Both the position numbers and the translations under genes were made by a program. Shown here one piece after another: positions 26,196 to 35,982 of a stretch of DNA of 64,000 bases; the stretch's first letter is position 1; every line of letters begins with the position of its first letter. Location: contig JAZRJE010000011.1 of the NCBI GenBank assembly GCA_045645645.1, positions 210 through 64,209 on the forward strand, read 5' to 3'. The stretch comes from Candidatus Enterousia sp. (lineage in GTDB: Bacteria; Pseudomonadota; Alphaproteobacteria; Rs-D84). The notes beneath the pieces were generated by a model. That model did no database searches and was not told the origin of the DNA. It saw only the letters and a list, made by a program, of their open reading frames with translations.

Positions 26196-27236
26196 ATGAA
26201 TACAGAAACTGTTTTTAGATTGCTTCACAATGCCGGGTTTAATAATCTGGGGGCAGATGATGCATATATATACATGGAAGATCCTGCTTGTATAACTCGC
26301 AGTTTTGAAACTTTTTTTGAATACGCTTGGATTATTCTGATTTTTATTACGGGTATAATGTTGGCAGGTTGGGCATGGGCAATGATACGCGGATCAAAAA
26401 ACGCAGAGTTTAATTCCATTGCAAATAATTTAAAAAACTTGGTTCTTATACTGGGCGTAATTAGCGCAACACCAGTTTTGATTAATTTTATATATGGCGG
26501 TGATTTAATCGGACAAGCCTGCAAAACAATAGCTATTCCATTAGAAACAATAGACAAGTTGTTGGCACAGCGATATGAAGAATTGGCTAAGCACGACGAA
26601 TATAACCTGTATGAAAATTTTGAAATCTATGATTCTGGAGCAATAGAACAGCAACAGATATCTGTTTCAACTTCAGAACCAGCCCCAAAAAAAAATCCAG
26701 AAAACATGGACATTATAGCAACCACAAAAATTGCAGAAACAGAAATACACCAACCTGCCCCACGCTTAGCGCCATCAGTATCGCCAAACATGACCCCAAT
26801 ACGTGCAATAGAATCGGGTAATGATGTCATTTTTGTCGCAACAGATGGTCAAGAATATAAACATATTGGCGGAACACGTGCATGGCGTAATAACAACCCT
26901 GGCAACATAAGAATGTCTGAATTTTCAAAACGCATGGGCGCAATCGGTAGTGCTGGTGGCTTTGCAGTATTTCCAAACGAACAAACTGGCAGCAATGCAG
27001 TAAAACAACTGCTACGCTCAAAAAACTACCAGAACAAAACCATTGCTGGCGCAATCAGCCGATACGCCCCACCGTCAGAAAATAATACCGCTGCATACAA
27101 CAATAGTATCGCAAGGTTAACTGGCTTGGATATAAATAGAAGTATGTCAACTTTAACAGAACAAGAATTAGATAATGTTGTAAACGCAATCAGACAAATA
27201 GAAGGCTGGAAGCCAGGAAAAATTGAAAAAATATAA
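26196..27236 (+). CDS. Membrane protein with C-terminal 'WRNNNPGNIR' domain (unnamed phage- or cell-wall-associated module)
   Basis: 346 aa with two TM segments and a linker. Then 'GGTRAWRNNNPGNIR...GGFAVFPNEQTG.NAVKQLL....Y..KTIAGAISRYAPPSENNTAAY'. Confidence 0.55.
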   Translation: MNTETVFRLLHNAGFNNLGADDAYIYMEDPACITRSFETFFEYAWIILIFITGIMLAGWAWAMIRGSKNAEFNSIANNLKNLVLILGVISATPVLINFIYGGDLIGQACKTIAIPLETIDKLLAQRYEELAKHDEYNLYENFEIYDSGAIEQQQISVSTSEPAPKKNPENMDIIATTKIAETEIHQPAPRLAPSVSPNMTPIRAIESGNDVIFVATDGQEYKHIGGTRAWRNNNPGNIRMSEFSKRMGAIGSAGGFAVFPNEQTGSNAVKQLLRSKNYQNKTIAGAISRYAPPSENNTAAYNNSIARLTGLDINRSMSTLTEQELDNVVNAIRQIEGWKPGKIEKI

Positions 27237-27250
27237 CAAAGGAATAAACA

Positions 27251-27856
27251 ATGCATCAGCGTATGGGATTTTTCAAATCACTTGTTATTATAATCATGCT
27301 TGTATTAATTGGTGCGATGATTGCAATGTTGCACAAAAACAATTTTAATAATTCTAGTAGAACTATTGGTATTGATAGTCCACAAATATCACACACAAAT
27401 AAAAACCAAGAATTATTTGATGATGGCTTAGGCAAACCTTCATCAATGATATATGGAACACTGGATGAATTCGGCGAAGGCGTTGAAAGTACCGCTGAGT
27501 TTTATAAGGACATTAACAATGATGGTACACCTGACACAATAACAAAAAAACATATTGCAACAGGTAACGATCATGACTATTACGAATACAAAATAGAATT
27601 AAATGTAAATGGGGTTATGGTAAATATAACCCCCAGTGGTATGCGAACAACACATGGTGCAGATTGTGCATTACGTTTAATAAAATTCAAGTTCAAACCA
27701 AAATTTGAGATCATAATAATATCACGTCCGTTCCAAGACACATGGGATACACCGTCCTTAGCAACAGAATATTTATATCAACTGAACCAGAATCAGATCG
27801 TAAACACATCACGCAAAAATTTAGTACAAATATGTGACGTTACTGAACTGTTTTAG
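27251..27856 (+). CDS. Membrane-anchored hypothetical protein
   Basis: 201 aa with N-terminal TM 'LVIIIMLVLIGAMIAML' and an 'INNDGTPDTI' segment. Confidence 0.5.
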   Translation: MHQRMGFFKSLVIIIMLVLIGAMIAMLHKNNFNNSSRTIGIDSPQISHTNKNQELFDDGLGKPSSMIYGTLDEFGEGVESTAEFYKDINNDGTPDTITKKHIATGNDHDYYEYKIELNVNGVMVNITPSGMRTTHGADCALRLIKFKFKPKFEIIIISRPFQDTWDTPSLATEYLYQLNQNQIVNTSRKNLVQICDVTELF

Positions 27857-27857
27857 T

Positions 27858-28580
27858 TTATTCATATCTGGATTGGCGTATTTCGTACTGTTCTAATTCA
27901 CCCAATTGACGTGCATTACGCATACTATATACAGAAGCATCTGCACCAACTATAATATGATCATATAATCTTATACGGTGCTCTAGTAAAACTTTCCCTA
28001 CATGTGTCGTAAGTGAAATATCATCAGATGATGGTAAAACACCACCAACAGGATGATTATGACATAAAATTACCATAGATGCACCTTTAGTTAATGCATC
28101 TGCTAAAATTTTGTCACTGTAGACATAAGAAGAATTAACTGAACCGATATTGTGTAAATCATCACAAATTAATCGAAATTCATGATCCAGATAAAAAACA
28201 TGTAATTCTTCCACCTTTTTATGTGCCATTTGTGTTCGACAATAATTTTCCAAAACATTTTGATGGGCAAATACAGGACAATCAACCAAATGTCGCTTAT
28301 ATCCTTTGGACACAATGCTGCGCAATAAATTAAAAAATAATGCAACACCTGGACCAACACCATCAACCGAAATGATATCAGATGTATCTGCCATCATGGC
28401 ATTATAGGCTGAACCAAAACGCTTTCTTAATAACCGAGACAGAACCCGCACATCTCGACGCTGAATTACGTATGTTAATAGTAACTCCAGCTCTTCATCG
28501 TCACTAAGCTTGCCTTCTTCAAATTTTTGACGCAACCGCTGACGATGACCAGCCCGTAATAACGGATCAGTTTTAAGCAT
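27858..28580 (-). CDS. radC: RadC-family JAB/MPN domain protein
   Basis: 'ILCHNHPVGGVLPSSDDISLT' (HNHPSG...S.D motif). Start taken at MLKTDPLL (28580), because the longer ORF overlaps map. Confidence 0.85.
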   Translation of the reverse strand: MLKTDPLLRAGHRQRLRQKFEEGKLSDDEELELLLTYVIQRRDVRVLSRLLRKRFGSAYNAMMADTSDIISVDGVGPGVALFFNLLRSIVSKGYKRHLVDCPVFAHQNVLENYCRTQMAHKKVEELHVFYLDHEFRLICDDLHNIGSVNSSYVYSDKILADALTKGASMVILCHNHPVGGVLPSSDDISLTTHVGKVLLEHRIRLYDHIIVGADASVYSMRNARQLGELEQYEIRQSRYE

Positions 28581-28585
28581 ATTAT

Positions 28586-29347
28586 TTAAACCATTTTTTC
28601 TGTAAATATTATTGCGCCATCTTCGGTTATACCAATTGTGTGTTCCCATTGAGCAGATAAACCACCATCAACTGTGCGTGCCGTCCAACCATCTGCATCA
28701 ATCTTACATTCTGGTGATCCAGTATTAATCATTGGCTCAATAGTAAAAACTAAACCAGGTACCATTTTAACCTTGTCCCAGCGTTTATCATAGAAATGAT
28801 ATATCTGTGGATCATCATGCATAACTTTACCAATACCATGTCCTACAAAATCACGTGAAATTGAAAATCCGTGTGGCGTAACAACTTCTTCGATAACCTT
28901 GCCTATCTCAGACAATGGTACCCCAGGTGCACAAATTGAAATTGCAGCATTTAAAGCATCTTGACAAACATTAACCAGCTTGCGGGCCTGGGGGGCAACA
29001 TTGCCAATCATATACATACGTGATGCATCACCATGAAACCCCTTAAATTCCGCCGTCAAATCCACATTGACTATGTCTCCATCCTTTAAAATGACATCAT
29101 CACTGGGAATACCATGCACGATTACATCATTTACAGATGTACAAATATTTTTAGGATAGCCTTGATAACCTAAATCAGAAGAACGCGCACCGTTTTCTTT
29201 CAAAAATTGTGCAACCAATCGATCAATTTCACCAGTTGAAACACCTGCCTTAATATGTGGGCTTATAAAATCAAAACATCGGGCAACCAAATCACCAACC
29301 ACACGTAAACGTTTAAAATCTTTTGGGGCATAAACAGATGCAAGCAT
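28586..29347 (-). CDS. map: Methionine aminopeptidase type I
   Basis: 253 aa. 'VHGIP', 'DIVNVDL', 'GFHGDASRM', 'FVGHGIG', 'TIEPMI', 'AQWEHT'. Confidence 0.9.
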   Translation of the reverse strand: MLASVYAPKDFKRLRVVGDLVARCFDFISPHIKAGVSTGEIDRLVAQFLKENGARSSDLGYQGYPKNICTSVNDVIVHGIPSDDVILKDGDIVNVDLTAEFKGFHGDASRMYMIGNVAPQARKLVNVCQDALNAAISICAPGVPLSEIGKVIEEVVTPHGFSISRDFVGHGIGKVMHDDPQIYHFYDKRWDKVKMVPGLVFTIEPMINTGSPECKIDADGWTARTVDGGLSAQWEHTIGITEDGAIIFTEKMV

Positions 29348-29349
29348 TA

Positions 29350-30336
29350 CTAATTCCTTCGTTTTACAGCCAGACGTGCAGCACGAACAGATAACTTTAG
29401 TGAAAAATCACGTAATAAAACCTCTGCTGGCATGCCAGTAGTACGCAATTGTTTTTCCAGTTCGTTTAAACGAACTAAAACAGCTGCTATTTCTGATTCT
29501 GGCCACATCTTAACCGCGTTATTAAATTTCTCGGCGACTTTCCAAAATAAGCGGGGTAACTGTCCGTCAACAACCGCTGTCATCAGTTTTTTAAAATGAC
29601 CGTCCAGCATCCGAACCAACATATTTGGTTCCGCATTATCATATAACAATCTATCTAGTGCTGTCATCGTCTGGGAAATATGACCCGCTGTCAACGAATA
29701 CAAAAAATCATCCATATCAGCCGCAGCAGAATCAGGCAGACATTTTTCTACGTCTTCTAAATCAACCGTTTTTTTATCATCAACATACAGTGCTAGTTTT
29801 GTTAAAAAACCACGCGTAATACCGCGGTCACCACCCAAGTGTGCTGTCATATATGCCATTGCATCTGGGTGAATACGTTCTATTCCAGCAGCAGACAATT
29901 CATTCCTGATTAATGGGGCCAATGTACGGGCATCATCAGTATAACACGCCAAAGCTGCTAATTTCTCATTTGATTCAAACAACGATCTTAAACTGCCACC
30001 AGCACGCAAATCACCCGCAGCAACAACAACCGTTGCACATAACCCAGTATGAGATATCAATTCTTCTATGGCACGTGCAGATGCGTCACCAGCATTTGAA
30101 ATCATAACCATTTTACGACCACCAAACATAGATGGTGTACAGCTTTCCGCAAACAGCGCATCCTGCTTGTCACGTAATTCGTCGGAATCCAATGCAAATA
30201 GATTGTCTTTTTCTATTCCTAACTTGGCAATTGCAGCATCACAAAACTCATCTACCTGACCAGCATCAGGACCATAAATCAATACGGCACGAATGGTTTC
30301 TATACCCGAATTAAAATCTGATTCTTTCCACTTCAT
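29350..30336 (-). CDS. holA: DNA polymerase III subunit delta
   Basis: 328 aa. 'VLIYGPDAGQVDE' N-terminus, helical C-terminus, and the conserved lptE-holA arrangement. Confidence 0.7.
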   Translation of the reverse strand: MKWKESDFNSGIETIRAVLIYGPDAGQVDEFCDAAIAKLGIEKDNLFALDSDELRDKQDALFAESCTPSMFGGRKMVMISNAGDASARAIEELISHTGLCATVVVAAGDLRAGGSLRSLFESNEKLAALACYTDDARTLAPLIRNELSAAGIERIHPDAMAYMTAHLGGDRGITRGFLTKLALYVDDKKTVDLEDVEKCLPDSAAADMDDFLYSLTAGHISQTMTALDRLLYDNAEPNMLVRMLDGHFKKLMTAVVDGQLPRLFWKVAEKFNNAVKMWPESEIAAVLVRLNELEKQLRTTGMPAEVLLRDFSLKLSVRAARLAVKRRN

Positions 30337-30812
30337 TTATTCGATTCTTCTCCAGAAACTAAATTATGAGTGGCAACAATAGCACGAGTGCTAATCTTTT
30401 CAGACAATACCACCAGCGAATTTTTAATCGCATTATTATAAGAAGCATTAGAAGCAACAAGATATCTGACAAACGTATAAGATTCAGATGCATTTTCGCT
30501 TCCTTTGACAAGGATGCGCCCCGATGATGTTTCTGTCAATGTATATGTCGCAGTCAAAGATACTTCCTGCCACGTGGCATCACCTGTTAATTCACGTGCC
30601 TTATACTGGGTAACAGGACTGCCCATATTAACAGTTAATGTATATTTTGCTGATTCATCATGCGCCCCACCAAACTTGGCATTCAATGCATTACGCAGTT
30701 CAATGCCATTAATCCCCTTTATCGGGGCAACATAAATATCCGTATCGTTGCCAACAAACATTGGTGTAAAACCACAGCTTGTTAAACATAACAGTAAAAT
30801 AATTTTTTTCAT
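30333..30812 (-). CDS. lptE: LPS-assembly lipoprotein LptE-like
   Basis: Lipobox 'LLLCLTSCGF', 159 aa, 4-nt overlap with holA. Confidence 0.55.
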   Translation of the reverse strand: MKKIILLLCLTSCGFTPMFVGNDTDIYVAPIKGINGIELRNALNAKFGGAHDESAKYTLTVNMGSPVTQYKARELTGDATWQEVSLTATYTLTETSSGRILVKGSENASESYTFVRYLVASNASYNNAIKNSLVVLSEKISTRAIVATHNLVSGEESNK

Positions 30813-30879
30813 AACTAAACTTCCTGTTGCAGTTTATACTTATATTAGCTACACTTTTAATAAATCGCAAGGGAGAAAG

Positions 30880-32115
30880 ATGAATATTTTTATCATGATT
30901 TTAATGATATTGTTCATGGGTGGGTTCTACCTTGTTAACAGCCCCAGCCAGAAAATCGCTGAACACGAAACAAATAATGCAATCGCTGTAGCAGATATGC
31001 GGGCAATAGTACAATGCGCATCTGCGGTTCATAACGCACAAATACGAGGAACCTTGTTCGAAGACATTTGTATCGAACAAAATAATATTATTAGTCAATA
31101 TATATGTCTGGATACTCGATTAAAGATAACCAGCTGCGAAGTTGTAAGAAATAAAAAACCTGCTTTTTCATACATAGTTACAGCAACAGGAGTCCTGGAT
31201 TTAAGTAAATACAACACAATAATGGAAATTCTGGAGCAAGATTTTAGCGACGCTGGTACATTTGGTATTTTTGATGAAAATATAATCATGTCAGGGGGTA
31301 CAACCAGCAAACGAATTGTGCCAGCAGCAATAATCGAAGAAATGAAACTGGAACCAGGACAATTGGTATATTTAACACAATATGAAACCCCCGATACGCA
31401 AACAGAATATGTATTTAATGTCGCTCAGGATATTATATGTCCTGTTGGAACTGTTAAAATTTATAAATTTGGTAGATGGCAATGTACGGGTTATAATACA
31501 AAGACCAATTGTGGTGGGGATATGACATGGGATTCTGATTTAATGGAATGCGTGCCAGATGAGTCCAGAAAACCACTTTGCACAAACAATCAGACAGCTA
31601 TTATTGTTGATGACGTTTGGGAATGCATAAGTCCTTTCCAAGAAAAAAGTTGCCCCGAAAAAATGGTTGCTCGTTTAAACTATAATACTTTAGAGTGGGA
31701 ATGTGTTATGGATCCCCAAGATATTGCTAGTACAAAAAAATGCGAACACGTCAGATACAATTCTGTCTATGGCGTGGCAGGAACAACATTGCGCGTTCCC
31801 CAGACATCATGCACAGATTGTGAGAAAATGCTTGTTGATAATGAAACATGTGTTGCACGATGTGTACCAGATGAAACAAAGATTACAGATCCACGATGCT
31901 ATAATGGTAATGCTTCAGATTGTAGCGGGCCAACGCGTGCATTTTTCTTTGGATTTCCAAGCAAAGAATATATTATGCAATCAGGAATAGATATTACTGA
32001 CGTGAACATCGGAACAGGCGTTTCGCAGAACAGACGATTTAATTGCAAAGATTGCAGTGAAACAGGCATCAATATGGAATTGTCCAAACCGCCATATGTA
32101 GTTATATGTAACTAA
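30880..32115 (+). CDS. Cysteine-rich, N-terminally membrane-anchored (probably periplasmic) protein, hypothetical
   Basis: 411 aa from ATG 30880 (RBS gggaga). It has TM 'IFIMILMILFMGGFYLV' and many Cys residues with recurring 'W(E/Q)C' and 'C(V/I)PDE' motifs (GRWQCTGY, LMECVPDE, DVWECISP, LEWECVMDP, ARCVPDE). Confidence 0.6.
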   Translation: MNIFIMILMILFMGGFYLVNSPSQKIAEHETNNAIAVADMRAIVQCASAVHNAQIRGTLFEDICIEQNNIISQYICLDTRLKITSCEVVRNKKPAFSYIVTATGVLDLSKYNTIMEILEQDFSDAGTFGIFDENIIMSGGTTSKRIVPAAIIEEMKLEPGQLVYLTQYETPDTQTEYVFNVAQDIICPVGTVKIYKFGRWQCTGYNTKTNCGGDMTWDSDLMECVPDESRKPLCTNNQTAIIVDDVWECISPFQEKSCPEKMVARLNYNTLEWECVMDPQDIASTKKCEHVRYNSVYGVAGTTLRVPQTSCTDCEKMLVDNETCVARCVPDETKITDPRCYNGNASDCSGPTRAFFFGFPSKEYIMQSGIDITDVNIGTGVSQNRRFNCKDCSETGINMELSKPPYVVICN

Positions 32116-32143
32116 TACCAATTTTATATTTTGTCAATTTTTG

Positions 32144-32171
32144 TTGACTTATTGTATTTTTTTGCTATATT
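32144..32171 (+). promoter_or_regulatory. Sigma70-like promoter for the OLD-family gene (TTGACT, 16 nt spacer, TATATT)
   Basis: ttgact at 32144-32149 and tatatt at 32166-32171. Confidence 0.4.
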
Positions 32172-32200
32172 TTGACCATAAATAGTTGGAGGCATCAAAT

Positions 32201-33856
32201 ATGCAAATAGACTCTGTCACAATTCATAACTTTCGATCTATCCAAGACGCTACTTTATCTTTCCAAGACTATTCTATCATAGTTGGTGAAAACAATGTTG
32301 GAAAAAGCAACATAATTGATGCAATTCGTTGCTTTTATGGGGATATTGAATTTAAAGAAGATGATTTTTGCAGGGCTTGCAATACCAAACCTAAAAAAAA
32401 TACATCACAAAAAGACAATAAAAAAGTAGCATGGATTGAAATTGAATATAATCTGACAGACAAAGAATATGGAGCCCTGCCAAAAAAATATCAAATTACT
32501 GCAAACAAATTACGTATTCGCAAAGATTTAAGTGGCACAGGGGCTTTTTATGGATATACAAAAGAAGGCTTGGAAACAAGCACTTTCTGTGGTCAGCGCA
32601 ACAGTATTCCGACAAATTTAGGACATATAATATATGTTCCTGCTGTTGTTGATGTTAATGGAAATACAAAAACGTCTGGTACAACAGCTTTAAATAACCT
32701 GATTTCGCTGATATGTCAAAACCCAAGCTTTCAAAAGGAAATGGACATACATTTACAGTCAGCTATTCGAAGCCTTAATCTTGTAACATCACCAAAGCTT
32801 AAAAGTATTAGTCAGGCAATTAATAATGAAATAAAATCTTCAGGCGTTAATGTAAATATAGGAACACGAAAATTTACAACTGAAGAAATCTTAAAGTTTT
32901 TGCTGAATATCAATGTAGATGATGGTGTTGGCCCAATGGATTTGTCTAAAATAGGAACAGGTGTTCAGCGCAGAATTATTGCAAGCTTGATAAAACTGAA
33001 TGCGCACTACACCAGTATATCTGAACGTCATAAGAAAAAAAGACGTTTTACGTCAGAAGATTTCCAAAGCGCAACAGAAAAACTTACCGCAAATTTAACA
33101 CTTAATACAGTTGCGCAGGAAAAAGCAACTCACAGATTCAGACCAAGAATGGATTTGTTGCTGTTCGAAGAACCAGAAGTGTCCCTGCATCCAGCAGCAA
33201 TCGCAGATCTGGCACATGATTTACATGATTTTGCAAAAACCCACAACCAACAGGTTATCGCCACAACACATTCCAGCCAACTGGTATCAGAAGATATTAT
33301 GGACATTCGTGGATTAATACGTGTTGAAAAACAAAAAAATCGTACCGTTACTTACCAAAATCAAATACCAGATGCAGATTTACAAATGGCAAAAAATATG
33401 GTGTATTTTGATCGCCCACGAAGTGATATGTTCTTTGCAAAAAAAGTGATACTGGTTGAAGGTCCAACAGAATATATGCTGTACAACTATTTAAAACGCC
33501 GTGGCGATTTGCCACACAGTTTAACACAAAATGTCACACTGATTGAAACAGTTGGGAAATGGTCTATGCCCTATTTCTTGAAGGTATTAAATAACTATAA
33601 TATTCGTCACGCCGTTTTATACGATACAGACGGCGATCCTAATCGTCAAGATAACATTGATGTTCGTAACCAGTTTTCTGCATTGACAGAATATTCTTAT
33701 GGATTTCCACGCGATATAGAAACATTCTGTGGAATTAGAAAATCAGGCAACCCTGCAATTAATATTATTAACAAATTTGAAGACGGCACAGTAGATGCTT
33801 CAACCCAAGCAGCTGTTGTGCAAATATTTAAGGACATTATAACAAAACATAGATAA
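32201..33856 (+). CDS. OLD-family ATP-dependent endonuclease (ABC-type ATPase plus TOPRIM), stand-alone
   Basis: 'ITIHNFRSIQD...IVGENNVGKSNIIDAI' (Walker A), 'LLLFEEPEVSLHP' (Walker B), 'ATTHS', TOPRIM 'VILVEGPTEY' and 'VLYDTDGD'. RBS ggagg lies 8 nt before ATG 32201. Confidence 0.8.
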   Translation: MQIDSVTIHNFRSIQDATLSFQDYSIIVGENNVGKSNIIDAIRCFYGDIEFKEDDFCRACNTKPKKNTSQKDNKKVAWIEIEYNLTDKEYGALPKKYQITANKLRIRKDLSGTGAFYGYTKEGLETSTFCGQRNSIPTNLGHIIYVPAVVDVNGNTKTSGTTALNNLISLICQNPSFQKEMDIHLQSAIRSLNLVTSPKLKSISQAINNEIKSSGVNVNIGTRKFTTEEILKFLLNINVDDGVGPMDLSKIGTGVQRRIIASLIKLNAHYTSISERHKKKRRFTSEDFQSATEKLTANLTLNTVAQEKATHRFRPRMDLLLFEEPEVSLHPAAIADLAHDLHDFAKTHNQQVIATTHSSQLVSEDIMDIRGLIRVEKQKNRTVTYQNQIPDADLQMAKNMVYFDRPRSDMFFAKKVILVEGPTEYMLYNYLKRRGDLPHSLTQNVTLIETVGKWSMPYFLKVLNNYNIRHAVLYDTDGDPNRQDNIDVRNQFSALTEYSYGFPRDIETFCGIRKSGNPAINIINKFEDGTVDASTQAAVVQIFKDIITKHR

Positions 33857-33857
33857 T

Positions 33858-33884
33858 TCCCCCAATTCTGGGGATTTTTATTTT
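33858..33884 (+). terminator. Intrinsic terminator after the OLD gene (overlaps the convergent gene's stop)
   Basis: tcccc-caattct-gggga followed by tttttatttt. Confidence 0.5.
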
Positions 33885-34807
33885 CCACAAATCAAATAAA
33901 CAATATATGCAACATACAATAAAATAAATATAATTCCTGGAATACGTGTTAGACACTTTTTATATGCGGTAAACAATAATAATAATGCGACCGCAAATGT
34001 AGCGACAGCACCGTCAAACAAAAATTCTGGCGCAAATGGTATTGGCAATATCACACCAGCAATCCCCAGCACAAACAATATATTAAATATATTTGAACCA
34101 ACAATATTACCAATTGCGATATCAGATTCACCTTTGCGTGCAGCAATAACACTGGTTACTAATTCAGGCAGACTGGTACCAACAGCGATTATTGTCAGCC
34201 CAATAACACGTTCACTGATACCAATATATCTTGCAATGGAACATGCTGATTCAACTGTTATATTGCTGCCCAGAACCAACGCAACTAAACCCAAAATGAT
34301 ATATAAACCTATGCTAAACTTAGTAAGATTCTTTGTACAACATAATTCGCACTGAGTACCACGTGATATAAAGTATAAATATGCTAAAAACATGCTAAAC
34401 ATACCTAAAAAAACACATGAGGCAACACGTGATAAAACACCATAACTCCACCCCAACCAGCATAACAATGCTGACATCACCAAAATAAATGGTATTTCAT
34501 ATCGGATTGTATTTTTTTGAACTGTTAATGGTGTGATTATCGCCGCAACACCCAGAATTAAAAATATATTAGTAATGTTTGAACCAATGACGTTACCAAT
34601 CGCAATCGCATTAGAACCATGCATTGCAGAAGATATGCTGACGGCGGCTTCTGGCGCACTGGTCCCCATCGCAACAACAGTCAAACCAATAATGATGGGG
34701 GGGATGCACATGCGTGTAGCCAAGCTGGAAGCACCATCAACAAAATAATCTGCCCCCTTAATAAGCAGAACAAAACCAATAACCAGTAACAATAAATCTA
34801 TTAGCAT
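33878..34807 (-). CDS. Ca2+/Na+ antiporter (CaCA family, YrbG-like)
   Basis: Two alpha-repeats '[10 protein letters not shown]' and '[10 protein letters not shown]', with about 10 TM segments. Confidence 0.85.
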   Translation of the reverse strand: MLIDLLLLVIGFVLLIKGADYFVDGASSLATRMCIPPIIIGLTVVAMGTSAPEAAVSISSAMHGSNAIAIGNVIGSNITNIFLILGVAAIITPLTVQKNTIRYEIPFILVMSALLCWLGWSYGVLSRVASCVFLGMFSMFLAYLYFISRGTQCELCCTKNLTKFSIGLYIILGLVALVLGSNITVESACSIARYIGISERVIGLTIIAVGTSLPELVTSVIAARKGESDIAIGNIVGSNIFNILFVLGIAGVILPIPFAPEFLFDGAVATFAVALLLLFTAYKKCLTRIPGIIFILLYVAYIVYLICGK

Positions 34808-34874
34808 AATGTTTCTCTTTTCTTTCGAAAGGAATCATATCATATATCTTTTTTTCTAATCAACCAATGTTTAT

Positions 34875-34905
34875 TAAAAAACGCCCCTTTTTTATGATGG
34901 GGCGT
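34875..34905 (-). terminator. Intrinsic terminator after the DUF378 gene
   Basis: acgcccc ... ggggcgt stem. On the minus strand it is followed by T6. Confidence 0.55.
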
Positions 34906-34932
34906 GGACATGAAACTGAAGTAAGTATTGAC

Positions 34933-35145
34933 TTAGCGATTGGTGCGAACTGGACGGTCGACAAACATCCAAATTAACCATATCAACGCTGATATACCAA
35001 CCAAGGCATACACAATGTTGCTGGCCAAGCTTGCAGGCCCGAACAAGAACGCAACCAAGTCAAAACCAAAGATACCAATCAACCCCCAATTCAAGGCGCC
35101 GATAAATGTCAATGGTTTTAAAACATAGTTTAATAGCCCTTTCAT
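34933..35145 (-). CDS. DUF378 small membrane protein
   Basis: 70 aa. 'IGALNWGLIGIFGFDLVAFLFG' is the typical DUF378 signature. Confidence 0.7.
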   Translation of the reverse strand: MKGLLNYVLKPLTFIGALNWGLIGIFGFDLVAFLFGPASLASNIVYALVGISALIWLIWMFVDRPVRTNR

Positions 35146-35307
35146 CTGTTTTTTCTCCTTTTCAAAGGTTAAATCGTCTTAATTAAAGACACATTAATTA
35201 TACCTGCTTTTTTTATCATACGCAACAACAATACACCTATTAGGAAAACGTTCCAAACCTTGTATTTCTAGGATTTTTATCAACAACACCGATACGTATT
35301 GCCGCAA

Positions 35308-35982
35308 CTATTTAATTAACTTTTTTATAACATAATTTGCCATTAGCAACCCAAAAACACCCGTTACAGTTATATTAGAACCCATATTTTTTGCATGTCC
35401 AGATACGGATGCGGGCGTTTCTGTCGAAAATACAGTTGGAAAATCAGGCAAGTTTAATCCACGAACCGCGCGACGAACACGCCCTGCCAAGGGACACACT
35501 GTCGTTTTTGACAACGGCGCTATCTTTATTTTTGATATATCCATTTTTAATGCTGCCCCCATACTGGAAATCAATGGGATTTTCTTTTTCGCACACCATT
35601 TATATAACGAAACCTTTGATGAAACAGTGTCTATTGCATCAATTACAAAGTCTGGTTGCACATCCAAATCGGTGTTTTCATCCCAAAACAGATTGTAAGA
35701 GGTAACAAGTGTATCTGGATTAATATCATGAATGCGTGCAACAACAACATCTATCTTGGGCACACCAATCGTTGAATCAAATGCAACCAACTGACGATTT
35801 ATATTTGATATATCAACATTATCAAAATCTATGACAATTATATGACCAACACCTGTGCGGGCTAATGCCTCTATCGCAAAGGAACCAACAGCACCACATC
35901 CAACAATCATAACTGCTGATGCACGCAGTTCTTTAACACCTGTATCACCAAATAATAAACGTGTCCTGTATAATCTAGTCAT
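35308..35982 (-). CDS. ThiF/MoeB-family E1-like enzyme (TcdA-like tRNA t6A dehydratase)
   Basis: 'VMIVGCGAVGSFAIEALARTGVGHIIVIDFDNVDISNINRQ'. Confidence 0.65.
   Translation of the reverse strand: MTRLYRTRLLFGDTGVKELRASAVMIVGCGAVGSFAIEALARTGVGHIIVIDFDNVDISNINRQLVAFDSTIGVPKIDVVVARIHDINPDTLVTSYNLFWDENTDLDVQPDFVIDAIDTVSSKVSLYKWCAKKKIPLISSMGAALKMDISKIKIAPLSKTTVCPLAGRVRRAVRGLNLPDFPTVFSTETPASVSGHAKNMGSNITVTGVFGLLMANYVIKKLIK

Noticed and set aside
30748-30879. Upstream extension of the Cys-rich protein ORF
   Set aside because: It overlaps the 5' end of lptE on the opposite strand. ATG 30880 has a good RBS and starts the TM segment.
32201-33856. Gabija (GajA), PARIS (AriA) or retron-associated OLD assignment
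   Set aside because: There is no adjacent UvrD-like GajB, no DUF4435/TOPRIM AriB partner (TOPRIM is fused here), and no reverse transcriptase or msr-msd. A stand-alone class-1 OLD nuclease is the conservative call.
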